Below, piece after piece: positions 45,366 through 57,198 of a stretch of DNA of 64,000 nt (positions are counted from its first letter, which is position 1; each line of letters starts with the position of its first letter). Source of the stretch: a plasmid; sequence record NZ_CP088986.1; one strand, written 5' to 3'. The notes below the pieces were generated by a model. It was not told where the DNA came from. It worked only from the letters and a program-made list of their open reading frames with translations, and did not search any database. Position numbers and translations under genes: made by a program.

Positions 45366-45719
45366 ATGGGGGCAAAAAACAGAGGTGTATTAAAGATGGG
45401 CAGAAATATGTCAGCAGCACGTACCGATGGCTTTATTCGTAATATTCATTCCCGCAATCCCTTTGATGTTATCCGGGCTGATGTGGTGATCAGCAGGCTG
45501 GAAAAGCAGGCTCATTGGGGATGTGGTCTGCACTATGAAATTTATGAAGCGAATTTGTTTGATATGGCGATGAATCATCTTTCCCGGCTTCCTCTGAAGG
45601 ATCGTCCGGTATTCATTGGTGCTGCTGCACGAAAGGGGCTTTTTCTGACGATGGAAGAAACCAGGCTGGCACGGGAAGCGAAAGATGCTCTGATGGCTGA
45701 ACTTGCTCTGGAATACTGA
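45363..45719 (+). CDS. hypothetical leading-region protein (up to 118 aa; probable start MGRNM/MSAAR)
   Basis: ORF immediately after repeat C. Confidence 0.45.
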   Translation: MMGAKNRGVLKMGRNMSAARTDGFIRNIHSRNPFDVIRADVVISRLEKQAHWGCGLHYEIYEANLFDMAMNHLSRLPLKDRPVFIGAAARKGLFLTMEETRLAREAKDALMAELALEY

Positions 45720-45839
45720 AAATCGGGCCGCACCGTCGTCCCGGATAGTGCTGAAATATTTAATGTGGAGAGAATGGATGGGATATATCACATATGTTAC
45801 AGATCAACGGTAAGCGACTCGTCAGAACCGTATTGATAT

Positions 45840-47411
45840 TTACTGAGAGCTCAGATCAACTTTCCAGGGCAACAGATCGCGTACCCGGTTTGCCGGCCAG
45901 TCCTGGATATGTTCAATGACGTAACGCAGCCACTTTTCTGGCTCCACATTGTTCAGACGGCATGTGCCGATCAGCGAGTACAACACCGCCGCATGTTCAC
46001 CACCGCTGTCGGAACCCGCGAACATCCAGTTTTTCCGGCCTACGGCCACTCCCCGTAAGGCGTTCTCTGCGATGTTGTTGTCGATTTCCACCCAGCCATT
46101 ACTGCAGTACACGTTCAGTGCATCCCACTGTTTCAGCAGGTATGCGAACGCTTTTGCCGTATCTGAGTGACGCGACAGTGTTTTCATCTGTTGCTGTATC
46201 CAGTCATACAGTGACTGCATCAGTGGCGCGGCTCTGGCTTTTCTTGCCGCCAGACGCTGTTCTGCTGAACAGCCCCGGACCTCTGCCTCGATGGCATACA
46301 GTTCACCGATACGCTGCAGGGCTTCCGTGGTGATGTAGGTGGGCGCTCTTGCATGCACATCGTGGATTTTTCTCCGGGCATGAGCCATACACGCGGCTTC
46401 CGTTATTCTGCCGGATTCGTATAACGCCCGGTAACCACCGTAAGCATCGGCCTGAAGCACACCGCTGTAACCGGCCAGGTGATTTTGTGGATGGATACCT
46501 TTCCGGTCCGGACTGTACGCGAACCAGACCGCCGGGGGCATCTGTGAACCGGCGTTACGGTCATCACGGACGTAGACCCACAGCCGGGCTGTCCGGGTTT
46601 TACCGCTGCCCGGCTCCTGGACCGGGACGGGGATATCATCAGCATGGACTTTACCGGGCATCAGCACATACTGGCGCAGGACGTCATACAGCGGCTCCAG
46701 CAGTTCAGCAACAGCACCTGTCCAGCGCCCCAGTGTGGCACGGCTCAGCTCCACTCCCTGACGACGGTATATTTCTGACTGGCGGTATAACGGCAGATGG
46801 TCTGCATATTTCCCGGTGACAACATGGGCCAGAAGCCCCGCTCCGGCATAACTGCGTGCAATGGGTTTTGAAGGTACTGGTGCCTGCACGATATGGTCGC
46901 ACCGGCAACAGGCCTGTTTCGGACGTTGTGTTTCGATAACCTTAAAGGCGCTGCTGATAAGCTCCAGTTGCTCTGACACATCACATCCCAGAGAACTGAG
47001 TTCACCACCACAGGCAGGACAGCATTCCTCTTCCGGCCGGATAACCCGGGTTTCACGGGGAAGTGAGGCCGGTAACGGTTTACGGGCTGAAGACTGGCGC
47101 AGGGCGGATGGCAGTACCGGGTCATATTGCTCACCCAGCGTTTCCGCCATTTCTTCCTGAAGTGCGCTGATTCGCTCCTGTGCTTCCTGTATCTGCCGTT
47201 CGGTTTTTGCACGAAGTTTTTCTGAGCTTTTACCGAACTGCATACGTTGCAGTTTCGCAACCAGCGCCTTCAGCCGGTTGATTTCGGAAGCATAAGCCGC
47301 CACCCGCTGTGAGAGCAGGCGGTTGTATTCAGCCATCTGGCGGATGGTGTCCTGTTGCGTCTGCAACAGTGCCCGCAGGCGGGCGTTCTCATGAGCAAGT
47401 GAGGTGTCCAT
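45840..47411 (-). CDS. tnpC: IS66-family transposase TnpC (523 aa)
   Basis: Leucine-zipper N-terminus, CxxC zinc motif, DDE region. Confidence 0.85.
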   Translation of the reverse strand: MDTSLAHENARLRALLQTQQDTIRQMAEYNRLLSQRVAAYASEINRLKALVAKLQRMQFGKSSEKLRAKTERQIQEAQERISALQEEMAETLGEQYDPVLPSALRQSSARKPLPASLPRETRVIRPEEECCPACGGELSSLGCDVSEQLELISSAFKVIETQRPKQACCRCDHIVQAPVPSKPIARSYAGAGLLAHVVTGKYADHLPLYRQSEIYRRQGVELSRATLGRWTGAVAELLEPLYDVLRQYVLMPGKVHADDIPVPVQEPGSGKTRTARLWVYVRDDRNAGSQMPPAVWFAYSPDRKGIHPQNHLAGYSGVLQADAYGGYRALYESGRITEAACMAHARRKIHDVHARAPTYITTEALQRIGELYAIEAEVRGCSAEQRLAARKARAAPLMQSLYDWIQQQMKTLSRHSDTAKAFAYLLKQWDALNVYCSNGWVEIDNNIAENALRGVAVGRKNWMFAGSDSGGEHAAVLYSLIGTCRLNNVEPEKWLRYVIEHIQDWPANRVRDLLPWKVDLSSQ

Positions 47412-47430
47412 ATCCTCACTTTACAACGGG

Positions 47431-47778
47431 TTATATGCGGATTCCAGCGCGTTCCGTTCGTTTCGGGTGCTTCCAGTTGATACCTTCAAGAAGCATGGAT
47501 AACTGAGCCGGAGTAAGGTGCACCTTGCCGTCACGGGTGACTGGCCAGACGAAGCGGCCCCGCTCCAGGCGTTTGGTGAAGAGGCACAGTCCGTCACTGT
47601 CAGCCCACAACACTTTTATCTGGTCACCCCGGCGTCCGCGGAAGATGAACAGGTGTCCGGAGAACGGGTCATCCTTCAGGACGTTCTGAACTTTTGATGC
47701 CAGGCCGTTAAAGCCATTTCGCATATCGGTGATACCTGCAACCAGCCAGATACGCGAACCTGCAGGGAGAGATATCAT
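47431..47778 (-). CDS. tnpB: IS66 Orf2 (TnpB, 115 aa)
   Basis: MISLPAGSRIWLVAGITDMRNGFNGLA... Confidence 0.85.
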   Translation of the reverse strand: MISLPAGSRIWLVAGITDMRNGFNGLASKVQNVLKDDPFSGHLFIFRGRRGDQIKVLWADSDGLCLFTKRLERGRFVWPVTRDGKVHLTPAQLSMLLEGINWKHPKRTERAGIRI

Positions 47779-48455
47779 CAGTGGCTGCTCCCTTTTATTT
47801 CGCGGATAAGTGTCTGTAATAACGCCGGCGTCAGTTTACCTTTAAGCCTGAGAGTTCCGGCCGGCAGAACCAGCTCACAACACAGACTGTCGGACGGTGT
47901 ATTTATCTGCTCTGGTTCCTGTGCGGGGGCCGGGATTTTATTATCCGGCTCCGGCGTTAACGTCACGGGAAGCAGTGCCGGCATATTTTTTCCGGAAGGC
48001 AGCAGGCCACCTTTCCGGTATTGATGGCGCCAGTTGAAGAGCAGGTTATCGTTGATTCCGTTTTCCCGGGCGATCTGCGCCACACAGGCTCCGGGCTGCA
48101 GTGACTGCTCCACTAAGGCGATTTTAAACTCATAAGGGAAGTTGGGCCGCCGGGGACGTTTTTTTACCATGGGGGCTTCGGATATAACGGTGCTTTCAGG
48201 ACGTACGACTGGTACCGTGGAAAATTGTCCGTAAAGGCAGGCATCAAGTTCCTGCTCCGACATGCCTGCGGGCAAAGGCCACGAAAGGCCAGCTCTCCGA
48301 AAGCGCACGAACATACTACAAACTGTTGATTTTGGTACACCCAGGCGACGCCCGGCCACAACCCGGGGTAAATGTTCTTCAAAGTGAAGACGTAAAGCTT
48401 CAGTGATCCAGGTCCGGTGTTTCATACGATAGTGTCCATTAAAAATGATGGACAT
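47778..48455 (-). CDS. tnpA: IS66 Orf1 (TnpA-like HTH protein; unusually long 225-aa frame, true start may be internal)
   Basis: ORF abutting tnpB start. Confidence 0.55.
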   Translation of the reverse strand: MSIIFNGHYRMKHRTWITEALRLHFEEHLPRVVAGRRLGVPKSTVCSMFVRFRRAGLSWPLPAGMSEQELDACLYGQFSTVPVVRPESTVISEAPMVKKRPRRPNFPYEFKIALVEQSLQPGACVAQIARENGINDNLLFNWRHQYRKGGLLPSGKNMPALLPVTLTPEPDNKIPAPAQEPEQINTPSDSLCCELVLPAGTLRLKGKLTPALLQTLIREIKGSSH

Positions 48456-48775
48456 TATTTTTGTAGAGCCGGAGGAAACAGACCAGACGGTTTAAATGAG
48501 CCGGTTACGATCAACGACCCGGTGAACCAGATATCCTGACCGGGAACACGTTTGCTGATCTGGAGATTTGTGATTCTGATGGGCATCTTCTGCTGAAAGT
48601 GTCTGCACCTGAAGCCGGCTGGACACACGAAAGCCTGAACCTTGTTCAGCCGCAGGAAGTGCAGGAGGGGAATGATGCATTTGATGCTTATCTGAATGGT
48701 ATATGGATCGGTTCGACAGAGGTCTGAACAAATCACGCCAGCAGAAGACGTTGCTGGCGTCTTCTGCATTCCCGG

Positions 48776-48841
48776 GGAGCTGTCGCGCGGCATGTTTGCT
48801 TATACCCGTGCCCCGAGATGATTATTTGTCTGCGGGCCTGA
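48776..48841 (+). pseudogene. 3'-terminal remnant of a second copy of the 38204-38767 methyltransferase gene
   Basis: ~90% identity of 48776-48960 to 38700-38930 including stop codon and downstream spacer. Confidence 0.6.
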
Positions 48842-49015
48842 AGACGCCGGGCAGGCGGGAGGATAAATGCCCGTCTGCCCGCGCCGGGAAAAGACAGCAC
48901 GCCGGTGGCGCTGAAAGGGGCCGCGCTTACGCGCCGCCCCTTTCATTACGCGGATGTTCTGCTGTGTGCTTCTGTCTTTTCATGCCTGTCATTTGTCTGT
49001 TACTGATGATGTTGT

Positions 49016-49692
49016 TGTTCCTGCTACTGCTACTGCTACTGCTACTGCTACTGCTACTGCTACTGCTCTTCTTTTTCCTGCCGCTCTGATTCTGACTACT
49101 GCAGTGTTGTCCTGTCTGTCGGGCGCACCTTCGGCTCCCGGCTGCCTGGCGGCATCCGGTCGTCAGGCCCGACTCCGACAGGCAGCTGCTGGCGCACCCG
49201 CCAGTCTCCGCCGAACCCGCTGGCGCGGTTTCGGGCTGTCGCTACGGTCCGATGCGTGAAAACCCCGGGCTTGCAGCGACCGTTCCGGTCGCGCCGCCTC
49301 TGTCGTGCCGTGGCCTGCGCTCCTGGCATCCCGGCAAAAGGCCGCCGGGATGTAAGGCGCAACGCCGTTTCGCAAACCGCGCTTCACGTCGTTGCGGCGG
49401 GTCCCTGCCCGTTGTTCTGTCCGGTGCCATTCACCTGTTTAAGCCCCTGTCGCCGGGGGCATAGACAGCCACAACCTGCCGCACCTGTCCAGGGTAAATG
49501 AACAGCCCACAAAATTTTTCACCCAAAACCCGGTAAAAAATTTTGCGTTCTGCCCAGGACAGGTGCGTCAGGCCGTGGCAGTGATGCCCCTTGCGGCGAA
49601 GGTTCTCAAACAGGTGATGGTGAATACCGGAGGGAACAAAAGGCAGGTCCCCGCAAAACGTCAAAACCGCGGCTCCCGAAACTCAACAGATG
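49016..49692 (+). repeat. structured repeat copy D preceded by (CTGCTA)7.5 microsatellite
   Basis: Microsatellite 49021-49068; repeat core from 49087. Confidence 0.7.
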
Positions 49693-49726
49693 ATGGGGGC
49701 TGAAAACATCAGATACAGGAGGAATT

Positions 49727-50023
49727 ATGAGCGCATTTTCTTTTAACACCACTTATCAGCCAACAGGCGATCAGCAGAAAGACGCAATCGCACAAATCGG
49801 GATCATGCAGAATCGTGCTGTTCAGGCAAATCTTGCATATCAGAGCTGCCGGGATTCTGGTGCACTCTTTAAGGTGCTCCACCAGGTCAATAATGAGCTG
49901 CATGACTTACTGGATAGCCTGGAGAATCATACTCCTCTTGTCAGAAAAAACGCTGATGAGTTGATCGCGCTGTTACTGCTTTTCACCCGGCAGGTTGGTC
50001 AGTCCCGAACTGACCTGATTTGA
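49727..50023 (+). CDS. hypothetical leading-region protein (98 aa)
   Basis: RBS AGGAGG before ATG. Confidence 0.5.
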   Translation: MSAFSFNTTYQPTGDQQKDAIAQIGIMQNRAVQANLAYQSCRDSGALFKVLHQVNNELHDLLDSLENHTPLVRKNADELIALLLLFTRQVGQSRTDLI

Positions 50024-50132
50024 TGGTCCTTCCCCTCGGAATTGTTGTCTTTTTGTTAACGATAACCGAGGGGGATGATATTAAGCGAAAAAACTTTTAT
50101 TAATTTTATGCCTTCATAAAGGAGTTACTGTT

Positions 50133-50954
50133 ATGCGATTAGCTTCCCGTTTTGGTCGATATAATTCTATTCGCCGTGAGCGCCCGTTAACGGATGACGA
50201 ATTAATGCAGTTTGTTCCATCTGTCTTTTCTGGTGATAAACATGAATCCCGGAGTGAGCGTTATACATATATCCCAACCATCAATATCATCAATAAGTTA
50301 CGTGATGAAGGTTTCCAGCCGTTCTTTGCCTGTCAGAGTCGGGTTCGTGATTTAGGACGCCGCGAATACAGTAAACATATGTTACGTCTTCGCAGGGAAG
50401 GGCATATTAACGGGAAAGAAGTTCCTGAAATTATCCTGCTTAATTCACATGATGGTTCATCCAGTTATCAGATGATCCCAGGAATTTTTCGTTTTGTCTG
50501 CACAAATGGCCTGGTGTGTGGGAATAATTTTGGCGAAATCCGCGTTCCACATAAAGGTGATATTGTCGGGCAGGTTATTGAGGGAGCGTATGAAGTGCTC
50601 GGTGTCTTTGATAAAGTCACTGAAAATATGGAGGCAATGAAAGAGATACATCTTAACAGTGACGAACAACATTTATTTGGCAGAGCTGCATTGATGGCCA
50701 GGTACGAAGATGAAAATAAAACGCCAGTGACGCCAGAACAAATAATTACTCCCCGCCGTTGGGAGGATAAACAGAACGATCTCTGGACAACCTGGCAGCG
50801 GGTTCAGGAGAATATGATAAAAGGTGGATTATCGGGGCGAAGTGCCTCCGGTAAAAATACCAGAACAAGAGCCATTACAGGCATTGACGGTGATATCCGA
50901 ATCAACAAAGCATTATGGATGATTGCCGAAAAGTTCAGGGAGTGGAAGTCATGA
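50133..50954 (+). CDS. DUF932/DUF945-family protein (273 aa; F-plasmid orf273/YubP-like)
   Basis: Conserved F-like leading-region ORF. Confidence 0.65.
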   Translation: MRLASRFGRYNSIRRERPLTDDELMQFVPSVFSGDKHESRSERYTYIPTINIINKLRDEGFQPFFACQSRVRDLGRREYSKHMLRLRREGHINGKEVPEIILLNSHDGSSSYQMIPGIFRFVCTNGLVCGNNFGEIRVPHKGDIVGQVIEGAYEVLGVFDKVTENMEAMKEIHLNSDEQHLFGRAALMARYEDENKTPVTPEQIITPRRWEDKQNDLWTTWQRVQENMIKGGLSGRSASGKNTRTRAITGIDGDIRINKALWMIAEKFREWKS

Positions 50955-51250
50955 TAATATAAGTAAAGCCCCGAAAAATTTTTCGGGGCTTTACTTATAT
51001 TATCATCCTGCGGCATTGCTGTGTCGTCTGATAGGCCTCAATTTCATCAACTGGCTTTTCGGTAGTCTGTAAATATTGTGCCCGCGAAAAATGGTCTGGC
51101 AGGAGGCTGCGCAGTTACCGGATATATATAAGATGGGGTCCCGCTTTGCGGGGCTTCGGCCAGTCAGCATTATCACTCATATGATATTTTTGTGTGTGGC
51201 CTTCCATGCCGCTGTCGCGGCATAACCGGTATTTGACAATGTATACAATA

Positions 51251-51760
51251 TTAATTGTTCTGCACACTGTTAATTTGGGAAAGTGATTTCTTCGTGGTCG
51301 GAACCCGGATGCCTTTACTGCTCTTTATCCAGGTATAAATCCGGTAAACCTCTGATGCGTAGGCAAGACGTCTCTGGTTCTGGCGTTCGGTCTTCCTGAA
51401 TCCGGCATTGTATGCACCAACGGCCTCCCAGGAGACTCCCCATTTTTTAAAGGCTATTGCCAGATAATAAGCACCGGTATAAATGTTCATGCAGGGATCT
51501 GTTGTCAGATGTTCCGGCTTAATTCCATAGCGGGCCAGTTCGTTAAAATGCTGGGAATCTACCTGCATCAGTCCGCTGCCATATCCCGTTACCGGATTAA
51601 TACCAATGGCATTAACCCGGTAACGGGATTCTTTCCATGATATCGCTCTCAGTAAATCCGGGTCTATTTTGTAATCCCGACCTGCAAGATCAAAGCAATC
51701 GGCGGCTTCGCAGATCCCATTTATAAACATCAGGCAGATTGCTAACATCCATTTTTTCAT
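51251..51760 (-). CDS. lytic transglycosylase gene X (orf169)
   Basis: [19 protein letters not shown] signal peptide + SLT domain; adjacent to oriT. Confidence 0.85.
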   Translation of the reverse strand: MKKWMLAICLMFINGICEAADCFDLAGRDYKIDPDLLRAISWKESRYRVNAIGINPVTGYGSGLMQVDSQHFNELARYGIKPEHLTTDPCMNIYTGAYYLAIAFKKWGVSWEAVGAYNAGFRKTERQNQRRLAYASEVYRIYTWIKSSKGIRVPTTKKSLSQINSVQNN

Positions 51761-51819
51761 TTTTCCACCTCTGGTGACTTTATCCGTAAATAATTTAACC
51801 CACTCCACAAAAAGGCTCA

Positions 51820-52170
51820 ACAGGTTGGTGGTTCTCACCACCAAAAGCACCACACACTACGCAAAAACAAGTTTTTGCTGATTTGCTTTTTGAATCATTA
51901 GCTTATGTTTTTAATAATGTATTTTAATTTATTTTACATTATTAAATAGGGTCGTTGACGACCCTATGGCGACCCTATGGCGACCCTTGTTAGGGTCAGT
52001 ACTGACAAATTTTATGAAAAACATTTGGATATATTAGGGCCGCCCCTAGCAGCGCCGTGCGTTTTTTTATAGTATGCCCCTAGGGGCGCTGCTAGGGGTG
52101 CTCTTCTTTTTTCAGACCAAACTATGAGTAAATGAAATAAAACACTTGTTTCAGAATATAAAAGGTACTG
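51820..52170 (-). other. oriT: oriT region (R100-type nic sequence GTGTGGTGCTTTTGGTGGTGAGAACCACC on minus strand; TraM/IHF/TraY binding repeats)
   Basis: 51821-51860 reverse complement matches F/R100 nic region; inverted/direct repeats upstream of traM. Confidence 0.75.
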
Positions 52171-52174
52171 TCTT

Positions 52175-52558
52175 ATGGCCAGAGTAAATCTGTATATCAG
52201 TAATGAGGTTCATGAAAAAATTAACATGATTGTTGAAAAGCGTCGTCAGGAGGGAGCAAGAGATAAAGATATAAGCCTTTCAGGAACTGCTTCAATGCTT
52301 CTTGAATTGGGGCTTCGCGTATATGATGCACAGATGGAGCGTAAAGAGTCTGCGTTTAACCAGACAGAGTTTAATAAACTTCTTCTTGAATGTGTTGTAA
52401 AAACACAGTCAACGGTGGCAAAGATTTTAGGTATTGAGTCTCTCAGTCCTCATGTCTCCGGAAACCCGAAGTTTGAATATGCCAGTATGGTTGACGATAT
52501 CAGAGAGAAAGTGTCTGTTGAGATGGACCGGTTTTTTCCAAAAAATGATGATGAATAA
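52175..52558 (+). CDS. traM: TraM relaxosome protein
   Basis: 127-aa MARVNLYISNEVHEKINMIVEKRRQEGARDKDIS... Confidence 0.9.
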   Translation: MARVNLYISNEVHEKINMIVEKRRQEGARDKDISLSGTASMLLELGLRVYDAQMERKESAFNQTEFNKLLLECVVKTQSTVAKILGIESLSPHVSGNPKFEYASMVDDIREKVSVEMDRFFPKNDDE

Positions 52559-52664
52559 ATGAAAATGAAGTTTGAGTTGGTTCAAATATAAGAATTTTTA
52601 TGATTCAAAAAGATGACAATACGTCAGATAATTAGTATATTAATTACGTGGTTAATGCCACGTT

Positions 52665-52745
52665 AAAAATTGAAACTGAAAATCGCCGATGCAGGGAGGT
52701 CTGAACTCCCTGCATCGACTGTCCATAGAATCCTTAACGGAGGTT
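52665..52745 (-). ncRNA. finP: FinP antisense RNA (approximate)
   Basis: Stem-loop GATGCAGGGAG...CTCCCTGCATC in traJ leader; position by analogy with F. Confidence 0.45.
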
Positions 52746-52748
52746 CCT

Positions 52749-53435
52749 ATGTGTGCGCTGGATCGTAGAGAAAGGCCACTTAACAGTCAATCTGTAAATA
52801 AGTACATCCTTAACGTTCAGAATATCTACAGAAATTCTCCCGTTCCGGTTTGTGTCCGTAACAAAAACCGGAAAATCCTTTATGCCAATGGGGCTTTTAT
52901 TGAACTCTTTTCCAGAGAAGATAAACCCTTATCCGGAGAGAGTTATATACGTCTGCAGGTTGAAATTTTTCTTTCATCACTTGAATTGGAATGCCAGGCT
53001 CTTGGACATGGCTCTGCATTTTGTCGTCGTTTTAATTTTCATGGCGAAATCTATCAGATAAGGATGGAGAATGTTTCTTTTTATAATGACGAATCTGTTG
53101 TTTTATGGCAAATTAATCCGTTTCCTGATTATCCATTTTTTGCGTTAAGTCAGAGTGGAAGTAATACAAATACTTCTGATAAATTAACGATATGGAATGA
53201 TCTTTCCCCCGGGACATTGCTTGTTTTCTCTTTTTATATGCTGGGTGTTGGTCATGCAACAATTGCCAGAGAATTGGGTATTACAGACAGAGCATCTGAG
53301 GATCGAATTAAACCAGTTAAACGGAAAATAAAAGAATTTTTTGAACACTTTGATTTATTCAGAGTGTCATGTATCTATAAAGGGAAAATAGATTTGCTAT
53401 TAAATATAATTCGTGAATTTTATAGCGTTAAGTAA
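52749..53435 (+). CDS. traJ: TraJ transfer activator (229 aa)
   Basis: ORF following traM; start at [10 protein letters not shown]. Confidence 0.75.
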   Translation: MCALDRRERPLNSQSVNKYILNVQNIYRNSPVPVCVRNKNRKILYANGAFIELFSREDKPLSGESYIRLQVEIFLSSLELECQALGHGSAFCRRFNFHGEIYQIRMENVSFYNDESVVLWQINPFPDYPFFALSQSGSNTNTSDKLTIWNDLSPGTLLVFSFYMLGVGHATIARELGITDRASEDRIKPVKRKIKEFFEHFDLFRVSCIYKGKIDLLLNIIREFYSVK

Positions 53436-53528
53436 ATGTTAAATAAGGCACGCCAATTTTGGCGTGTTTTTTTTCGTCGGTTTCTGTGCAATCATAATTT
53501 TATTAGTCGGGAAACAGAGGTGAATTGA

Positions 53529-53756
53529 GTGAGGAGGCGTAACGCGAGAGGCGGTATAAGCAGAACAGTCTCGGTGTATCTCGATGAAGATACAAATAAC
53601 CGACTTATTAAGGCCAAAGATCGTAGTGGAAGAAGTAAAACGATAGAAGTCCAGATCCGTCTCAGAGATCATCTGAAACGATTTCCTGATTTCTATAACG
53701 AAGAAATATTCAGGGAGGTGACCGAAGAGAGCGAGTCAACATTTAAAGAACTTTAG
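53529..53756 (+). CDS. traY: TraY (GTG start)
   Basis: 75-aa ribbon-helix-helix ORF preceding traA. Confidence 0.8.
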   Translation: MRRRNARGGISRTVSVYLDEDTNNRLIKAKDRSGRSKTIEVQIRLRDHLKRFPDFYNEEIFREVTEESESTFKEL

Positions 53757-53789
53757 TTTTTATCTATCAATATTAAACAGAGGAATCAT

Positions 53790-54152
53790 ATGGACGCCGT
53801 TTTAAGTGTTCAGGGTGCTTCTGCGCCCGTCAAAAAGAAGTCGTTTTTTTCTAAATTCACTCGTCTGAATATGCTTCGCCTGGCTCGCGCTGTGATCCCG
53901 GCTGCTGTTCTGATGATGTTCTTCCCGCAACTGGCAATGGCAGCACAGGGCCAGGACCTGATGGCAAGCGGTAACACCACGGTTAAGGCGACCTTCGGTA
54001 AGGACTCCAGTGTTGTTAAATGGGTCGTTCTGGCTGAAGTTCTGGTCGGTGCGGTCATGTACATGATGACCAAAAACGTCAAGTTCCTGGCCGGTTTTGC
54101 CATCATCTCTGTATTTATTGCTGTGGGTATGGCCGTCGTTGGCCTGAAATAA
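53790..54152 (+). CDS. traA: propilin TraA
   Basis: 120 aa ...[21 protein letters not shown]-terminus. Confidence 0.9.
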
Positions 54153-54156
54153 AACG

Positions 54157-54468
54157 ATGTCGGGAGACGAGAATAAACTTAAGAAATATCGTTTCCCGGA
54201 AACACTGACCAACCAGAGCCGCTGGTTTGGCCTGCCACTGGATGAACTGATCCCCGCAGCAATCTGTATTGGCTGGGGTATCACAACATCGAAATATCTG
54301 TTCGGTATTGGTGCAGCGGTTCTGGTTTATTTCGGGATTAAAAAACTGAAAAAAGGGCGGGGCAGTTCCTGGTTACGTGATCTGATTTACTGGTATATGC
54401 CAACAGCCCTGCTGCGCGGTATTTTTCATAATGTTCCCGATTCGTGTTTCCGGCAGTGGATTAAATAG
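54157..54468 (+). CDS. traL: TraL
   Basis: 103 aa, operon order. Confidence 0.85.
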
Positions 54469-54489
54469 AACTGATACCAGGATTGTTAT

Positions 54490-55056
54490 ATGGAACACGG
54501 TGCCCGTTTAAGTACCAGTCGTGTAATGGCCATCGCCTTTATATTTATGTCAGTGCTTATTGTTCTCAGCCTCTCTGTTAACGTCATTCAGGGGGTGAAT
54601 AACTACCGTCTTCAGAATGAGCAACGCACTGCCGTGACGCCAATGGCATTTAATGCCCCCTTTGCCGTGTCACAGAACAGTGCCGACGCCTCTTATTTAC
54701 AGCAGATGGCGCTGTCATTTATTGCCCTCCGTCTGAATGTTTCATCAGAAACCGTCGATGCCTCACATCAGGCGCTTCTGCAATATATCCGCCCGGGCGC
54801 ACAGAACCAGATGAAAGTTATTCTGGCTGAAGAAGCGAAGCGTATTAAAAACGATAACGTGAACTCAGCCTTTTTCCAGACCAGTGTTCGTGTCTGGCCT
54901 CAGTATGGCCGTGTGGAAATTCGTGGTGTGCTTAAAACCTGGATTGGTGATTCAAAACCTTTCACTGATATCAAACATTACATCCTTATTCTGAAGCGGG
55001 AAAACGGGGTAACCTGGCTGGATAATTTCGGGGAAACAGACGATGAGAAAAAATAA
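54490..55056 (+). CDS. traE: TraE
   Basis: 188 aa, operon order. Confidence 0.85.
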   Translation: MEHGARLSTSRVMAIAFIFMSVLIVLSLSVNVIQGVNNYRLQNEQRTAVTPMAFNAPFAVSQNSADASYLQQMALSFIALRLNVSSETVDASHQALLQYIRPGAQNQMKVILAEEAKRIKNDNVNSAFFQTSVRVWPQYGRVEIRGVLKTWIGDSKPFTDIKHYILILKRENGVTWLDNFGETDDEKK

Positions 55057-55771
55057 TACGGCAATAATATTCGGCAGCCTGTTTTTTTCCTGCAGCGTGA
55101 TGGCCGCAAACGGTACGCTGGCCCCCACCGTGGTGCCAATGGTGAACGGTGGTCAGGCCAGTATTGCCATCAGCAATACCAGCCCGAATCTGTTTACCGT
55201 TCCCGGTGACCGGATTATCGCCGTGAACAGTCTGGATGGTGCCCTGACCAATAATGAGCAGACCGCCTCCGGCGGTGTGGTGGTGGCCACCGTCAACAAA
55301 AAGCCCTTTACGTTCATTCTGGAAACAGAACGTGGTCTGAATCTTTCCATTCAGGCCGTTCCCCGTGAAGGCGCGGGGCGTACCATTCAGCTGGTCAGTG
55401 ACCTGCGCGGAACCGGAGAAGAAGCCGGTGCGTGGGAAACGTCCACGCCTTACGAATCCCTGCTTGTGACCATCAGCCAGGCCGTCCGTGGCGGAAAATT
55501 ACCCGCAGGCTGGTATCAGGTCCCGGTGACAAAGGAAACCCTGCAGGCCCCGGCGGGGCTGTCTTCAGTGGCAGATGCCGTATGGACGGGGAATCACCTG
55601 AAGATGGTCCGCTTTGCCGTGGAAAATAAAACGCTGTCTGCCCTGAATATCCGGGAAAGTGACTTCTGGCAGCCGGGAACCCGTGCCGTGATGTTCAGCC
55701 AGCCTGCCAGCCAGTTACTGGCAGGTGCGCGCATGGATGTGTATGTCATCCGTGACGGGGAGGGCAACTGA
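55043..55771 (+). CDS. traK: TraK
   Basis: 242 aa, operon order. Confidence 0.85.
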   Translation: MRKNNTAIIFGSLFFSCSVMAANGTLAPTVVPMVNGGQASIAISNTSPNLFTVPGDRIIAVNSLDGALTNNEQTASGGVVVATVNKKPFTFILETERGLNLSIQAVPREGAGRTIQLVSDLRGTGEEAGAWETSTPYESLLVTISQAVRGGKLPAGWYQVPVTKETLQAPAGLSSVADAVWTGNHLKMVRFAVENKTLSALNIRESDFWQPGTRAVMFSQPASQLLAGARMDVYVIRDGEGN

Positions 55772-57198
55772 TGGCCAGTATCAATACCATTGTGAAACGC
55801 AAGCAGTACCTGTGGCTGGGGATTGTGGTTGTCGGTACAGCCTCCGCGATTGGTGGGGCACTGTATCTGTCTGATGTGGACATGTCCGGTAACGGTGAAA
55901 CCGTGGCTGAACAGGAGCCTGTGCCGGATATGACCGGTGTGGTGGATACGACCTTTGATGACAAGGTGCGTCAGCATGCCACCACAGAGATGCAGGTGAC
56001 GGCAGCGCAGATGCAGAAGCAGTATGAGGAAATCCGTCGTGAGCTGGATGTTCTGAACAAACAGCGCGGTGATGACCAGCGTCGTATTGAAAAGCTGGGA
56101 CAGGACAATGCCGCCCTGGCAGAGCAGGTAAAAGCCCTGGGTGCTAATCCCGTCACGGCGACCGGTGAGCCTGTACCGCAGATGCCTGCCTCACCGCCCG
56201 GCCCGGAAGGCGAACCACAGCCAGGAAACACCCCCGTATCCTTCCCGCCGCAGGGCAGCGTTGCTGTTCCACCGCCGACGGCGTTTTATCCCGGGAATGG
56301 TGTCACGCCACCACCACAGGTGACGTACCAGTCTGTGCCGGTGCCTAACCGGATACAGCGTAAGGTGTTTACCCGTAATGAGGGAAAACAGGGACCATCA
56401 CTGCCGTACATTCCGTCAGGAAGTTTTGCGAAAGCCATGCTGATTGAAGGGGCGGATGCCAATGCCTCTGTCACCGGTAATGAATCCACGGTGCCGATGC
56501 AGCTGCGTATCACCGGCCTGGTGGAAATGCCGAACAGCAAGACGTATGACGCAACGGGATGTTTTGTGGGTCTGGAAGCCTGGGGGGATGTGTCCAGTGA
56601 GCGTGCCATTGTACGTACCCGCAATATCAGCTGCCTGAAGGACGGCAAAACTATTGATATGCCGATTAAGGGGCATGTCAGCTTCCGGGGTAAAAACGGT
56701 ATCAAGGGCGAAGTGGTGATGCGTAACGGCAAAATCCTCGGCTGGGCATGGGGCGCGGGATTTGTTGACGGTATCGGTCAGGGAATGGAGCGCGCCTCCC
56801 AGCCGGCTGTCGGGCTGGGTGCCACTGCTGCTTACGGGGCCGGCGATGTCCTTAAAATGGGTATCGGTGGCGGCGCATCGAAAGCCGCACAGACGCTCAG
56901 TGACTACTACATCAAACGTGCCGAACAGTATCACCCGGTGATACCGATTGGTGCGGGCAACGAAGTGACCGTGGTGTTCCAGGACGGCTTCCAGCTGAAA
57001 ACCGTGGAAGAGATGGCGCTGGAACGCACGCAGAGCAGAGCGGAAGAAGACAATCCGGAAAGTCCGGTTCCTGTTCCGCCATCGGCTGAAAGTCATCTTA
57101 ACGGCTTTAATACTGACCAGATGCTGAAGCAGCTGGGCAACCTGAATCCGCAGCAGTTTATGTCCGGCAGTCAGGGAGGGGGCAATGATGGCAAATAA
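55771..57198 (+). CDS. traB: TraB
   Basis: 475 aa, Pro-rich linker, operon order. Confidence 0.85.
   Translation: MASINTIVKRKQYLWLGIVVVGTASAIGGALYLSDVDMSGNGETVAEQEPVPDMTGVVDTTFDDKVRQHATTEMQVTAAQMQKQYEEIRRELDVLNKQRGDDQRRIEKLGQDNAALAEQVKALGANPVTATGEPVPQMPASPPGPEGEPQPGNTPVSFPPQGSVAVPPPTAFYPGNGVTPPPQVTYQSVPVPNRIQRKVFTRNEGKQGPSLPYIPSGSFAKAMLIEGADANASVTGNESTVPMQLRITGLVEMPNSKTYDATGCFVGLEAWGDVSSERAIVRTRNISCLKDGKTIDMPIKGHVSFRGKNGIKGEVVMRNGKILGWAWGAGFVDGIGQGMERASQPAVGLGATAAYGAGDVLKMGIGGGASKAAQTLSDYYIKRAEQYHPVIPIGAGNEVTVVFQDGFQLKTVEEMALERTQSRAEEDNPESPVPVPPSAESHLNGFNTDQMLKQLGNLNPQQFMSGSQGGGNDGK

Larger units (their letters stand above)
45812..48523 (-). mobile_element. IS66-family insertion sequence (2712 bp) with 8-bp target duplication GATCAACG
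   Basis: Ends GTAAGCG... / ...CCGGTTAC; TSD at 45804-45811 and 48524-48531; three tnp ORFs. Confidence 0.8.

Noticed and set aside
48455-48793. 112-aa minus-strand ORF spanning the IS66 left end and flanking DNA
   Set aside because: It crosses the IS boundary and TSD, so it cannot be a native gene of either sequence.
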